Part shown: positions 20,738 through 31,089 of the stretch, piece by piece
How positions within the stretch are numbered: the first letter of the stretch is position 1
How the letters are laid out: each line of letters begins with the position of its first letter
NCBI GenBank assembly: GCA_963701855.1
Contig: CAVPBK010000005.1
Coordinates: 64,001-128,000, forward strand
Direction: 5' to 3'
DNA: 64,000 nucleotides
Origin: Nitrospirota bacterium
GTDB taxonomy: Bacteria; Nitrospirota; Nitrospiria; Nitrospirales; Nitrospiraceae
The notes under the pieces: generated by a model
The model's database searches: none
Told to the model about the DNA's origin: nothing
The model's input: the letters and a program-made list of their open reading frames with translations, nothing else
Translations under genes and position numbers: made by a program

Positions 20738-21975
20738 TGGTCGGCCCCCTGATTTTAGGACCAATCTGAGGGAGCGTTTCCGGCATCCTGGCCCCCAGGA
20801 TGGGGAAGGAGGAGGCCATGAAACGGACACGATTCAGTGTCGAGCAGATTGTGGCGGTACTCACGCCGGCGGAGAGGGGACCCCCCGTGGCCGACCGCAT
20901 CCGCCCTCTCGGGATTGCGGAGCAGACGTGCTCCCGGTGGAAGCCGCGGGATGCGGGACTGGAATCGGAACAGGTGCGGGAGTGCAAACCGCTGCAGGAC
21001 GAGAACCCCAAGCTGACGCGCGTGGTGGCGGACTTGTCGTTGGACAAAGTCAGGCTGCAGGACGTCCTCGCAAAACAAGTCTACGGCCCTCGCGGACGCG
21101 GAGTGTGGTGACGTCTCTGTGCCCCGCGTATGCGGTGCGTGAGCGGCGCGCCTGCCGAACCGTCCGCGGTGCGAGGGCCCCCTACGACTATCGGAGTCAG
21201 CGCGATCCCCGCCCCGCACTCCGGCCGCGGCGCAGGGAGATGGCCCAGACGCGGGTCCGGTACGGGTATCGAAACATTCGGGGGCGCCTCAATCGGGACG
21301 GGGGGGCTGTGGGCAAGAAGCTCGGGTCTCGTCTCTCCCGAGAAGAAGGCCTGAGGCTGCGTCGCCGGAGCCCCCGGCGGCGAAAATCGGTGGTGCCCCG
21401 AGTGCACCGGCCGACGGTAACGAGACCGCAGGACGCGTGGCCACGAGACGGTGTGGCGGATCAACTGGTCGAGGGGCGCCGATTTCGCGCCCGCACCGGC
21501 AGCGCTGTGTATACGCGCGAGGGTGTGGCCATTGAGGTGGGCCAGCGTCTTCGCGGCGCGCACGTCGTGGCGGTGTTGACTCGGCGCAACCTCCATCGAG
21601 GCACGCCGAGGAGGCGCTTCTGTGACAACGGGAGTGAGTTCAGGAGTCAGCGAATGGACCGCTGGGCGTATCACAACACGGTCTCCATCGACTGCTCTAG
21701 ACCAGGCACGCCGACGGACCATGCGCACGTGGAATCGTGCCATGCGACGGTGTGACGGGAGGGCCTGAATGCGCACGGGTTCGAGTCACTGCGGGAGGCT
21801 CACGACCGGATCGAGGCCTGGCGGCGTGAGGAGAACGGGAGTCGGCCTCACCGGGCGCTCCAGGCTCGCACGCCCGAGGAATTCGCTAGGGCCCACGCGG
21901 AGAATCAGCGCTGTGAGCCCCGCATCACGGCGGGAAACGCTCCCTAGCAATGGCACAAAATTAAGGAGCCGACCA
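20738..21975 (+). mobile_element. Heavily mutated IS3-family element (pseudogene)
   Basis: IRs TGGTCGGCCCCCTGATTTT and (rc) TGGTCGGCTCCTTAATTTT; degraded OrfA (20818-) and OrfB with DNGSEF; slippery site disrupted; stop at 21753. Confidence 0.85.
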
Positions 21976-22236
21976 AGGCTACGCCTGACTTACATTGCGG
22001 CTGGTACAACTACAGGGGGCAGCGGTTACAAGGGGCTTTCATTGTCTCGTAGGGTAGCTGGAGGTGGTCTAGAGACGATGAACTGGAGATACCCAAAACG
22101 CAATAGCTTACTGCTGACCTTCCGGCTTCTAATCGATTTTGAAGGTTTTCTCTCAGCCTTCTTCAATACGAATGAGGCCAGTCCTCAGGACTGGCCTCAT
22201 CTCTGGGTCTGAACGTCGATCGTCGTATCCTAGGAC

Positions 22237-22539
22237 CTACTTTGCCGACTGTGCGTGCTTAATCATTAGTGCGTGGTCGGTTTCCGTGGTCTTAGCCTCG
22301 ACCGTGTCGCCTGCCTTGAAGGTGCCTTCCAGCTTAGTGGTCTTGTCCACGTGCAGACGAACTTCCTTGCCCGCATCCCTGTGATTCTTCACCACATAAA
22401 ACTCCCCGTCGATTTTCAGCAGGTCCCCATTGACCATCTTCGGGGTGGGTGACTCGGTCACGTCAGCCGCATATAACATGGGTACCATCCCGATACTGAG
22501 GACCAGTGCGAACATGATCAGACCGATGAGCTTCTTCAT
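22237..22539 (-). CDS. Small secreted beta-rich (OB-fold-like) protein
   Basis: AAGGAGG RBS; MKKLIG signal peptide; paralog of 16854-17213. Confidence 0.8.
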   Translation of the reverse strand: MKKLIGLIMFALVLSIGMVPMLYAADVTESPTPKMVNGDLLKIDGEFYVVKNHRDAGKEVRLHVDKTTKLEGTFKAGDTVEAKTTETDHALMIKHAQSAK

Positions 22540-22653
22540 GACGGAACCTCCTTGTTTGTGATTGTGTTGTAGGACAGAACGTGTGTGTATGAGCTTCTCC
22601 TCCACTGAAATGTGAACTTTCTCAGTGATCCTCTTTCTCTACAGTACTTCTCG

Positions 22654-22881
22654 TCAGTACGGCTTTCCCTGCATGGCTTCCGGCTGAGTTCGCTGATGCC
22701 ACTGGTTCGCCCACTTCATGATCTCATCCTTTTGATCGCCATACCGTTCCTGGGCTTTGCCGACAAACTTGTCATAGTTGCCTTCGATCTGCGTCAAGTC
22801 ATCATCGGTAAACTTTCCATACTGTTTTTTCAGCTCGCCTTTGAACTGCATCCATTTTCCCTTGAGTTGATCCGCGTTCAT
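22654..22881 (-). CDS. csbD: CsbD family general stress protein
   Basis: MNADQLKGKWMQFKGELKKQYGKFTDDDL...GKAQERYG; GGAGGAG RBS. Confidence 0.9.
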   Translation of the reverse strand: MNADQLKGKWMQFKGELKKQYGKFTDDDLTQIEGNYDKFVGKAQERYGDQKDEIMKWANQWHQRTQPEAMQGKPY

Positions 22882-22994
22882 GGTGGCTCCTCCTGTGTGA
22901 GATACGCTGTCTCCGTTTTCTATCGATCTGGTCCCTTCATCTCCACACTCGCTCTTCCATTATTCAAACGACAGAAAAATGGTCATGCAGCCGT

Positions 22995-23276
22995 TCAGAC
23001 TTTCCGGAAGTACTGCGTCATCGTCTCCTGAGCTTTCGTGAAACACTTAGGGCAGTAGGTGTGAGTGAGAGGGAAATCGGCCGAATTCACGCCATGTGTC
23101 GTTCGATACGCTCGCGGCGTGACCCAGCGCTCACGCCCAGGGAAAGGTCTGGTCTCGTCTCGAATACGTCTGCAGATACAACAGACGGCGAGCATTTTCC
23201 GGGCGATGCACGTCTCTCTCATCGGAGTAGACGGTGCCATCCGAGTGGTCTCAGTGACTAGTTTTCCCAGAGACAT
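22995..23276 (-). CDS. Hypothetical Cys-rich (possibly Zn-binding) protein
   Basis: CCIC...THTYCPKC motif. Confidence 0.55.
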   Translation of the reverse strand: MSLGKLVTETTRMAPSTPMRETCIARKMLAVCCICRRIRDETRPFPGRERWVTPRAYRTTHGVNSADFPLTHTYCPKCFTKAQETMTQYFRKV

Positions 23277-23716
23277 ACGCGAACTCTTTCATTCGTTTAT
23301 TGTTTCTAATATGCCAAAAAGACAGAGTGTCGTCTGATCACAATTGCTCACTTTCTATAAATTTTCGAAGTACGGAGGCAATGCCCTCTCTGGGCATCCT
23401 CTTTCTTTCATTGATGCAACTGAGAGCGGCGTATTTGGCGGGTTCAAAAGGCCTGTGAAATTCTTAACAGATAGCGTTCTGATTTCCTTGAGGATCAAGA
23501 CTAGAATCGCGTGGGGTCAAAAACAAATGATTTTGGCTTTGCGAGACCTGTATAATGCACTCGTTTCGGGAACTCCATTATTCGACATTGGCACCAAAGA
23601 GCAACATGGCCCTACCCGTACCTCGGATCTACACGATGAATCGTCTCCTGGCTGGCCTTTCGGCAGGATGGAGAGGCCTCTATTACAACTGAAGTGAAAG
23701 AGTTGGAGTAGAGCTC

Positions 23717-24046
23717 ATGACGACGAAACCTGCCTTTATCCGAAAGGGTGTGGTGGTGTGGTGGGGCGTCTTATTGGGGATGTCAGGTTGTATATCCGTC
23801 GATCCTCTCCCTAGTTCCTCTGCGTATTGGGAAAGGAAGGAGGTGCCGTACTCGCAGGTGATCACGGATTACAATGCTTGTAAGATGTGGTCCACCGTGA
23901 AGTATGCAGAATCTGAGAAAAGAGAGGAAGTCATCACAGACGGGTTGGGCTATTGGATCCACGTCCCTCTTCTGAAAGAGTGCATGGAGCATAAGGGCTA
24001 CAAGTACGTCGGTCCGGAGGCCGGAAGCCGGTTACATCCTCAGTAA
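23717..24046 (+). CDS. Hypothetical lipoprotein
   Basis: GGAG RBS; lipobox MSGC; C...ECME.KGY motif. Confidence 0.7.
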   Translation: MTTKPAFIRKGVVVWWGVLLGMSGCISVDPLPSSSAYWERKEVPYSQVITDYNACKMWSTVKYAESEKREEVITDGLGYWIHVPLLKECMEHKGYKYVGPEAGSRLHPQ

Positions 24047-24089
24047 TCACGGTCGTGAGAAGCCAGCCGACACAAGTCTGACGGGAGAT

Positions 24090-24788
24090 CTACCTCCCAA
24101 AATGCCACATCAGCCCCGCGACAAAATTTTGGGAGTTGTAATCTCCTTTGATCCCGTTAAACCTGACCTCCGTGTTGTTGTACTTGAATTCGCCAAAGAA
24201 TGCCCATTCCGGTGTCAGCACATACCGGGCGCCTGCGACGAACTGAAACCCAGGATTAATTTGGGTGTTCGACAGTCCGTCTTCTGAGCCAGTAGCAAAG
24301 AACAATCCGTACCCGATGCCGCCATAGGGTTGAAAGACCTCGCTCATGGACGGCGAGCGGATGATCAGGTTCACAGCCCAAACACTAAGCCGAAGGGAAC
24401 TGGGCCCGATGCTATCGGCAAACACACTGCCTGATGCCGTCCCGCCCACAATCGTCTGTTGCTTCACGTCTGGTTTCAGGGTGTACAGATCTGTTTCTAC
24501 TCCCAACCAAGGACGCGACTCAAAGAAATAGCCCCCCTTTACACCCCCAAGAAGACCAGACTTGAGTGCAAGATCATTGATGCGGGCGTTTGTGACGCCG
24601 CCTCCCAGGGTTGGATCGGAGATGGTAGTATTCGAGAGCCCACCAGGAGCGGCAATGCCTCCATACCCAGCGAGATACCACTCCGCCTGAGTCGTAGTTG
24701 TCAGAAGGTCACTCACCGTGGCACTCCATGCCAGGAGCAGTCCACCAGTGAGCTAAAGCCTTGCGGAACTCAAACGGATTGTTTTCAT
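24090..24788 (-). pseudogene. Outer-membrane beta-barrel protein with an in-frame TAG in its signal peptide
   Basis: MKTIRLSSARL*LTGGLLLAW...AEWYLAGYGG...QPYGGIGYG...FGEFKYN...GLMWHF; stop at 24753-24755. Confidence 0.7.
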
Positions 24789-25212
24789 GATGCCGCTTCC
24801 GTGAAAGCTCACCACAAATCCGCAAATCTTTAGTCGCTAGCGTAGCGTAACTCTGTTCCTAGATCAAGAATCCGGAATGCGTATCCATGCTCCCGTGTCC
24901 GATGCGATGACTGGCTCAATTGGAGTAGGCTTGCGCTGTCACCAAGGATCAATAACAGTTGCTTTTGGACCCTTCGAAACGATTCTGCTGATCTCTGGTT
25001 AATCCATAGGATAGCGGTTAGCTTCTCAAATGGTTTTTGATACCTCACGCACAGTAATCTCGGAAGTTGGCTGAATTCAGACCGGAGTTCAAACAAACCG
25101 CAGGTCGAGGTGAAGAAAGTCTGGTCCGACGATGCGTTGTATGTTCGCCCTGTAAAACCCAGAATGTGAATACGTAGCAGCGATGCGACCAGGAGTTCTG
25201 GCCATTCAGCTG

Positions 25213-25596
25213 TCAGCTTGTGTGGGGGGAGGGTAGGACCTCCTGCAATGCCAACCCGAGTTGATCCAGCGAAAATGCCTTCTGAATAAAGGCCGTGGCG
25301 CCCTGGTTCAGCATCTCTTGCTCAACCTCTTCAGTGCTGTGTCCACTAAAAACTACGACCGGTAGGGTGGGGTGTAGTATCCGAAATTGCCGCAGTAAGC
25401 TCCGACCGTCTATTCCAGGCATGTTGAGGTCCAACACGACAGCATCAGGAGTTCGCCGGTGACATAACGTCAACCCTGCCCCACCATTGTCTGCCAAAAT
25501 AACTTCATATCCTCTTTCTTCTAGGACGGCAACTAGGAGGCCCCGGTCGCGGGCATCATCGTCTATGACTAGAATCTTCGTCATGTGAGCCTTCAT
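25213..25596 (-). CDS. Single-domain response regulator
   Basis: KILVIDDD, VVLDLNMPGIDG, FSG, FIQK; may start at 25584. Confidence 0.88.
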   Translation of the reverse strand: MKAHMTKILVIDDDARDRGLLVAVLEERGYEVILADNGGAGLTLCHRRTPDAVVLDLNMPGIDGRSLLRQFRILHPTLPVVVFSGHSTEEVEQEMLNQGATAFIQKAFSLDQLGLALQEVLPSPHTS

Positions 25597-25962
25597 CCGC
25601 TATTTGATTAACCTGCTGTTTCATCGTCTTTCTGGCGGATCCACTCCTGATAGGCGCCCCGACCGTCCCAGCTCATCCCTACACTGTGGATGAACTCATC
25701 AGCGAAGACGGCACGGTCACGACCAGTAACCCATCATGTCAGTGGAGGCAGCGACGATCCATCATTATCTGCATCTGCTACCACTACCAGGACAGGAGAA
25801 ACCAGGCCCATCAGGGCCCATGTCGAGAGGATCCTGCGTTGTGGTTGCTTGTGGGCTTAGTGGTCTGAAGTTGGGTTTTCGGAAATTCGTAAACCGCAGG
25901 TCACCCGTTCCATCCGGGTTGTCGGCTTAAACTAACCCCGCATTACATCTTTTGAACATCTC

Positions 25963-27376
25963 TGGACTGACCCCCTAGATTGAGACACGGCGAATTGGCA
26001 CACTTGACACACGAAAGGGGGTGGCAGGTGGCCAAGAAACGCGTGGGCAAGTTTCCGAAGGCTTTTCGGCAGATGGCCGTCGAGCGACTGAACCAGTGCG
26101 AGAACATCGTGGCACTCGCGAAGGAACTGGGGATCAGTCGGCGACTGCTGTATATGTGGCGCGAGAAGCTTGAGCCGGTGGCGAGTGGCAACGGTCCCCC
26201 AGCGACTTCGCGGGAATCGACCCTGCGTCACGAGGTGAGTCGCCTGAAGCGGGTGTTGGCCGAGAAGGTCTTGGAGGTGGATTTTTCAAAGGGGCCTTGC
26301 ACACCGTCGAGGCGCGACGCCAGCGGAGCGGAAAAGCTGGCGCGCAGGCCTGGACGCCCACATCCGGGACGTGATGTCGAGGCAAGGCTCATTGAGTATC
26401 GCACGGATGTGTCAGCTGGCGCAGGTCAGCCGGGCGGGTTTTTATCGGTCGCTGCACGCACACCAGCCCATGGAAGAAGAGATGGCGGTGCGGTCGGCCA
26501 TTCAGGGGATCGCTGTCACCCACCGGCGTCGGTATGGCTACCGGCGCATCACAGCGGAACTCCGTCGGCGCGGCCTCCTAGTCAACCACAAACGAGTAGT
26601 GCGGCTCATGCGCGAAGACAACCTGCTGGCGGTCCAGCCACGGGCCTTTGTGGTGACGACCGATGCGCAGCATGACCTGGAGGTGTATCTGAATCTCGCC
26701 CATCGACTGACGTTGACCGGGGTCAATCAACTCTGGGTGGCGGACATCACCTACATTCGGTTGAAGGGCGAGTTCGTCTACTTGGCGGTGCTGCTCGATG
26801 CGTATTCCCGCAAGGTCGTGGGCTGGGCGCTGGACCGCACGCTGGCCGCCCGATTGCCGATCGCGGCGCTGGCGCACGCCCTTGCGGAGCGGCACCTGCC
26901 GCCGGGGTTGGTCCATCATTCCGATCGCGGCGTGCAGTATGCCTCCGAGGCGTACGTGACCCTGCTGCGGACGCACCACATGATTCCGAGCATGAGTCGG
27001 CCGGCCAACCCCTATGACAACGCCAGTTGTGAGCGCGTCATGAAGACGCTCAAGTGGGAGGAGATCTATGCCAATACCTATCGAGATCTCGACCACCTGC
27101 GCGCGAACCTTGCGGCGTTTATCGAGCAGTACGACAATCGCGACCGGTTGCATTCGGCGCTGGGCTACCACTCACCGGACGAGTTCGAGCAGGTGGCCAG
27201 TTCGGCGACCCCTGCGACCGGAACCACCATGCGGTTTTTCAGGCCTCGAGCGCTCGCTCGAGCGGCATCATCAGCCAGGGATCAGGCTGAAGCAACAGAG
27301 GCGGGGTGAGCAGCAACATGCATTAAACTACCAGGTGTGCTAATTCCAAACTGTCTCAGTAGAGGGGTTCACCCCA
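25963..27376 (+). mobile_element. IS3-family insertion sequence
   Basis: 25-bp IRs TGGACTGACCCCCTAGATTGAGACA and (rc) TGGGGTGAACCCCTCTACTGAGACA; OrfA from about 26028 and OrfB 26371-27309. Confidence 0.9.
26371..27309 (+). CDS. IS3 transposase OrfB
   Basis: YGYRRI, WVADITY, HHSDRGVQY, NPYDNA, LHSALGY. Confidence 0.85.
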   Translation: MMSRQGSLSIARMCQLAQVSRAGFYRSLHAHQPMEEEMAVRSAIQGIAVTHRRRYGYRRITAELRRRGLLVNHKRVVRLMREDNLLAVQPRAFVVTTDAQHDLEVYLNLAHRLTLTGVNQLWVADITYIRLKGEFVYLAVLLDAYSRKVVGWALDRTLAARLPIAALAHALAERHLPPGLVHHSDRGVQYASEAYVTLLRTHHMIPSMSRPANPYDNASCERVMKTLKWEEIYANTYRDLDHLRANLAAFIEQYDNRDRLHSALGYHSPDEFEQVASSATPATGTTMRFFRPRALARAASSARDQAEATEAG

Positions 27377-27711
27377 CTTTGCTGTGCTAAATTTGCGCTA
27401 AAAATCTACACAATGGATCGCATTCTACAGAATCAATGGAATGTATAGAATCATCTCAAACCCTTGTTAGCAAAGAAAAAACGGGGAGACCATTTGAAAC
27501 ACCGAGCCTTTTTAAAAACGTCTTGTTGCCATTCCTAAACCGTTTGTCGTACGTTTAATTCGTATCGGGGGTACCAAATCACACCGCTTGTCCCTACTAC
27601 CGTTCTACTCAGGAATAATCGTCCTCTGCTCAGATGACCCACGTGCCTCGGTCTGCTTTCCCATGTTTTCTTGCCACGTTGTGAAGGCTGAGCTAGACTT
27701 TCTCCACACCT

Positions 27712-29088
27712 ATGGCACGAGCAAAAATATCAGAACCGTCTCGCATGCGGTCCAAAGTTGCCACGATTGAAGAACTCACGCGTGGCGTCGGAGAGCTCCA
27801 GGAGTTCCTCGCACAGGTGGAAGACCTTGGTCGTGAGGGATTCCCTTATCTCGACGCAGCCAGGGCCAGAACAGAGCTGCAATTCCGTGAATGCATTCGC
27901 CGCACGTTTGGTGAGAGATCCCCGGAATTCCAAGAGCATCGTCATCACAGGCTTCTCATGGACACCCCTGAGGAAACGCGGCAGAGCATCGCCCTGATCA
28001 AGACGTTTATTGCCACACTGGAACAGAAAAAACTTAACTTGCAAGGAGGCCCACCTCCTCAACAAATCTCAGCAACGCCAGTGGCTCCACCAATGCCTAC
28101 GCGTCCACAGATGACCATAGTGCCGGCATCGATTTCGACGGTTCAGGTGACCATGACGCAAACAGGACCGATTACGCCACCGCCGGTGGCAACGAACCTC
28201 AACCGTGCTCCAGCCACCGCCGCATCGAATCTACCTCAGCCCCCTCTGGCCCCCGCAGTTTCTTTGCAGCAGTCTGAGCCCCTGAGCCCATCTATAACTC
28301 GGTCTGAACCATCACCGATTTCACCAGCCCCGATTGCGACGGCAGTGCCACATGCCCCGCTGCAACCGGTAGATCTAGGTGCTCAGGAGCCCCAGCCACC
28401 GCCAGCACAAGCGGCACAGATTGCGCAGGTAGATGTATCCCATGTCGTTGGGCCACAGCAGACACTACAACCTGAACCGGAGTCCATCGTGCATCCAATT
28501 CCTTCCGTCAGCCAACAGCCTAAGACACAGGAAACGCCTCCCGTCCTTCCGCATCTGCAGCCTCCTTCCTCGATGTCGATCGGCTCCTCTTTTCCCCAGG
28601 AGGCCGCATCGCAGCTTGCTCAGAACGGATCAACCCCTGTCGAACTTGTGAAAACACTCTGTCATCGATTCCACTCCGTTGCCCGGCAGCTGCGACTCCG
28701 CGGGGAGCATCGAGCCACGTTAAGTGTGGAAGACGAGATCGATGTGCAGGATCTGCTGCATGCATTGCTGCGAATCCAGTTTGACGATATCGATACAGAG
28801 GAATGGACGCCGAGTTATGCCGAAGGAGCCCCTCGCACAACATTTCTACTGAACGACAATCAGCTTGCGGTGCTCGTCAAAAAAACGCGAAATGGTCTCA
28901 CAGCCAAAGACCTCACTGAACAATTACGGATCGATACCGAGCGCTATCTCACCAAAAGCCGATGTACGTCGCTCTTGTGCTTTATTTACGACCCCGATGG
29001 CCGCATCGGTAATCCGAGGGCTTTCGAAACCGCGCTCACCACGGTGAACGGTTCCTTGACCATTGGTGTACTGATTGCTCCGAAATGA
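27712..29088 (+). CDS. Protein with N-terminal helical domain, long Pro-rich linker and C-terminal PD-(D/E)XK (DpnII/MboI-like) fold
   Basis: C-terminal EDEIDVQDLLHALL...EEWTPSYA...LCFIYDP.GRI.NP; catalytic acidic residues appear substituted. Confidence 0.75.
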   Translation: MARAKISEPSRMRSKVATIEELTRGVGELQEFLAQVEDLGREGFPYLDAARARTELQFRECIRRTFGERSPEFQEHRHHRLLMDTPEETRQSIALIKTFIATLEQKKLNLQGGPPPQQISATPVAPPMPTRPQMTIVPASISTVQVTMTQTGPITPPPVATNLNRAPATAASNLPQPPLAPAVSLQQSEPLSPSITRSEPSPISPAPIATAVPHAPLQPVDLGAQEPQPPPAQAAQIAQVDVSHVVGPQQTLQPEPESIVHPIPSVSQQPKTQETPPVLPHLQPPSSMSIGSSFPQEAASQLAQNGSTPVELVKTLCHRFHSVARQLRLRGEHRATLSVEDEIDVQDLLHALLRIQFDDIDTEEWTPSYAEGAPRTTFLLNDNQLAVLVKKTRNGLTAKDLTEQLRIDTERYLTKSRCTSLLCFIYDPDGRIGNPRAFETALTTVNGSLTIGVLIAPK

Positions 29089-29243
29089 GGTAAGACATGA
29101 AGAAGTCTAAATCTGTTGTCGCTACGCGTCCCCTATCGTCTGCGGGCTCTCTCGCATTGACAGCGGAGACGGGCATCCGCTACGTTGACGGGAATCCTGC
29201 GGTGCCTTGTACGATTCACGCTCCAGTCGATGGTGGAAGAATC

Positions 29244-29498
29244 ATGTCGGATCGAGCCTACGTGCTTATCAATGTACAGCCAGGGCGCACGAGCGATGTG
29301 GTTCGGGCGTTGTCCGGAATCAAGCAGATCAAGACCATCGATCCCTGCTGGGGCAAGCCCGATATTATTGTGGTGGTGGAAGTGTCGGACCAGGATGCCC
29401 TGACCCAGTTAGTGCTGAGCCGGATTCATGAGATCGATGGCGTCCTCCAAACAGACACCCATCTTGTCTATCGATTAAAGGTCGGTAACGCCAAGTGA
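29244..29498 (+). CDS. Stand-alone Lrp/AsnC ligand-binding domain protein
   Basis: AYVLINVQPG...G.PDIIVVVE...IHEIDGVLQTDT. Confidence 0.85.
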   Translation: MSDRAYVLINVQPGRTSDVVRALSGIKQIKTIDPCWGKPDIIVVVEVSDQDALTQLVLSRIHEIDGVLQTDTHLVYRLKVGNAK

Positions 29499-29573
29499 CC
29501 GACACTCTTTGCGAATTCAACCTCGCCCTCTTAGCAGGCTGCTGAAAAATTCCTCCAGCGGAAGAAGACCGTC

Positions 29574-29678
29574 ATTTGGTTTATTTTGTTTGTCTTGTTT
29601 GTTTGGTTAAACCAGACTAACCTGATCAACTAGATGAACCAAATAAACCAAATGGACCAAATAGACCAAATAACAGAC
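29574..29678. repeat. Inverted pair of degenerate 9-bp tandem arrays (consensus about AAACCARAT)
   Basis: About four units ATTTGGTTT-like followed by about eight units AAACCAAAT-like. Confidence 0.75.
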
Positions 29679-29685
29679 TTGTTTC

Positions 29686-31089
29686 CTACTCTAACTCTCC
29701 GCTGTCGGCATCATCGCCAAGATCCAAACCAAACCGGTCAGCCATTCGATAGAGCGTGCGCCGATCGATGCCGAGAATCTTTGCGGCTTTGACTTTATTC
29801 CCCTTGGTTTCCTTTAGCACGCGGGCGAGATGGCGTTTTTCGACCTCTTCAAGCGACAAACATCCCTCATCGCTATCGCCGACCGCCCCGGCGGTCTCCT
29901 TTACTGGCAGACCTGTCCGACGCAGCGACGCCGGCAGATCGTCCGGGGTGAGGAGGGGCCCGTGACTCAACGAGACAGCCCGCTCGATGGCGTTTTCCAA
30001 CTCGCGCACATTGCCGGGCCACCGGTATTGCATCAACAACGTCATGGTCTCCGGCAGCACCCCGCGCACTGCATGCGCCGCCCCCGCCGCGCATTTCTGC
30101 AAAAAGTGATGCGCCAACATTGGAATATCCTCCCGCCGCTCCATAAGCGGCGGCAAGGTGATACGCACGACATTAAGCCGATAAAATAAGTCGTCCCGAT
30201 ACTTTCCCGCCTTGACGAGCTGCTCAAGATCTCGGTTTGTCGCTGCGATGATGCGGACATCGACTTTCGTCGACGTCGTGCTGCCGACACGGCGGACCTC
30301 GTGATCTTGCATCACCCGCAACAACTTCACTTGCACGGCCTGCCCCAACTCGCCGATCTCATCGAGAAACAACGTGCCCTCGTTCGCGGACTCAAAGAGG
30401 CCGACTTTGTTTCCCACCGCGCCGGTAAAGGCTCCCTTCTCATATCCGAACATTTCCGACTCCAGCAGGGCATCCGGTAACGCTCCACAATTCACCGGAA
30501 TAAATGGCTTGTCCCGACGCGGCCCATTGGCATGGATCGCCCGCGCAATCAGTTCCTTGCCGGTCCCGCTTTCCCCTTGCAGGAGCACTGTGCTCTTGCT
30601 CTCGGTCACCCGCGCCACCAGCTTATACACTTCCAGCATGGCAGGACTGCTCCCCACCAGCGGAGACCATTCATCTTTGCTTTTCAACTCTTCACGAAAC
30701 CGGGCATTTTCTCGGATGAGTCGGCAGTGATCGAGACTTCGCTTGACTACCAGCGTGATATCCTCTTTCTTAAACGGCTTGGCGAGATAGTCGTAGGCCC
30801 CTTGCTTGATCGCTTCGATTGCACCTTCAAGAGATCCGAACGAGGTCAGCACCACGACCTCCGTGTCAGGGCTCATGCGTTTAAATTCGCGCAAGACGGT
30901 CAGTCCGTCGACCGCGCCCATGCGAATATCTGTCAGCACTAGATCCACTCGTCCCTGGCGTCCACGAGCGATGACCTCTTCTCCACCGGCGAAGGTTTCA
31001 ACGGCATAGCCTTCTCTCTTTAAGGCCTCAGCCAAGAGATCGCGCGCGACCGCATCGTCGTCGACTACGAGAATATTCGCTGGTTCCAT
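29686..31089 (-). CDS. Sigma-54-dependent response regulator (NtrC family)
   Basis: Receiver domain, GESGTGKE, GAFTGA, WPGNVRELEN, HTH. Confidence 0.93.
   Translation of the reverse strand: MEPANILVVDDDAVARDLLAEALKREGYAVETFAGGEEVIARGRQGRVDLVLTDIRMGAVDGLTVLREFKRMSPDTEVVVLTSFGSLEGAIEAIKQGAYDYLAKPFKKEDITLVVKRSLDHCRLIRENARFREELKSKDEWSPLVGSSPAMLEVYKLVARVTESKSTVLLQGESGTGKELIARAIHANGPRRDKPFIPVNCGALPDALLESEMFGYEKGAFTGAVGNKVGLFESANEGTLFLDEIGELGQAVQVKLLRVMQDHEVRRVGSTTSTKVDVRIIAATNRDLEQLVKAGKYRDDLFYRLNVVRITLPPLMERREDIPMLAHHFLQKCAAGAAHAVRGVLPETMTLLMQYRWPGNVRELENAIERAVSLSHGPLLTPDDLPASLRRTGLPVKETAGAVGDSDEGCLSLEEVEKRHLARVLKETKGNKVKAAKILGIDRRTLYRMADRFGLDLGDDADSGELE

Noticed and set aside
29574..29678. Possible CRISPR array
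   Set aside because: 9-bp tandem units without spacers; no cas genes in the window.
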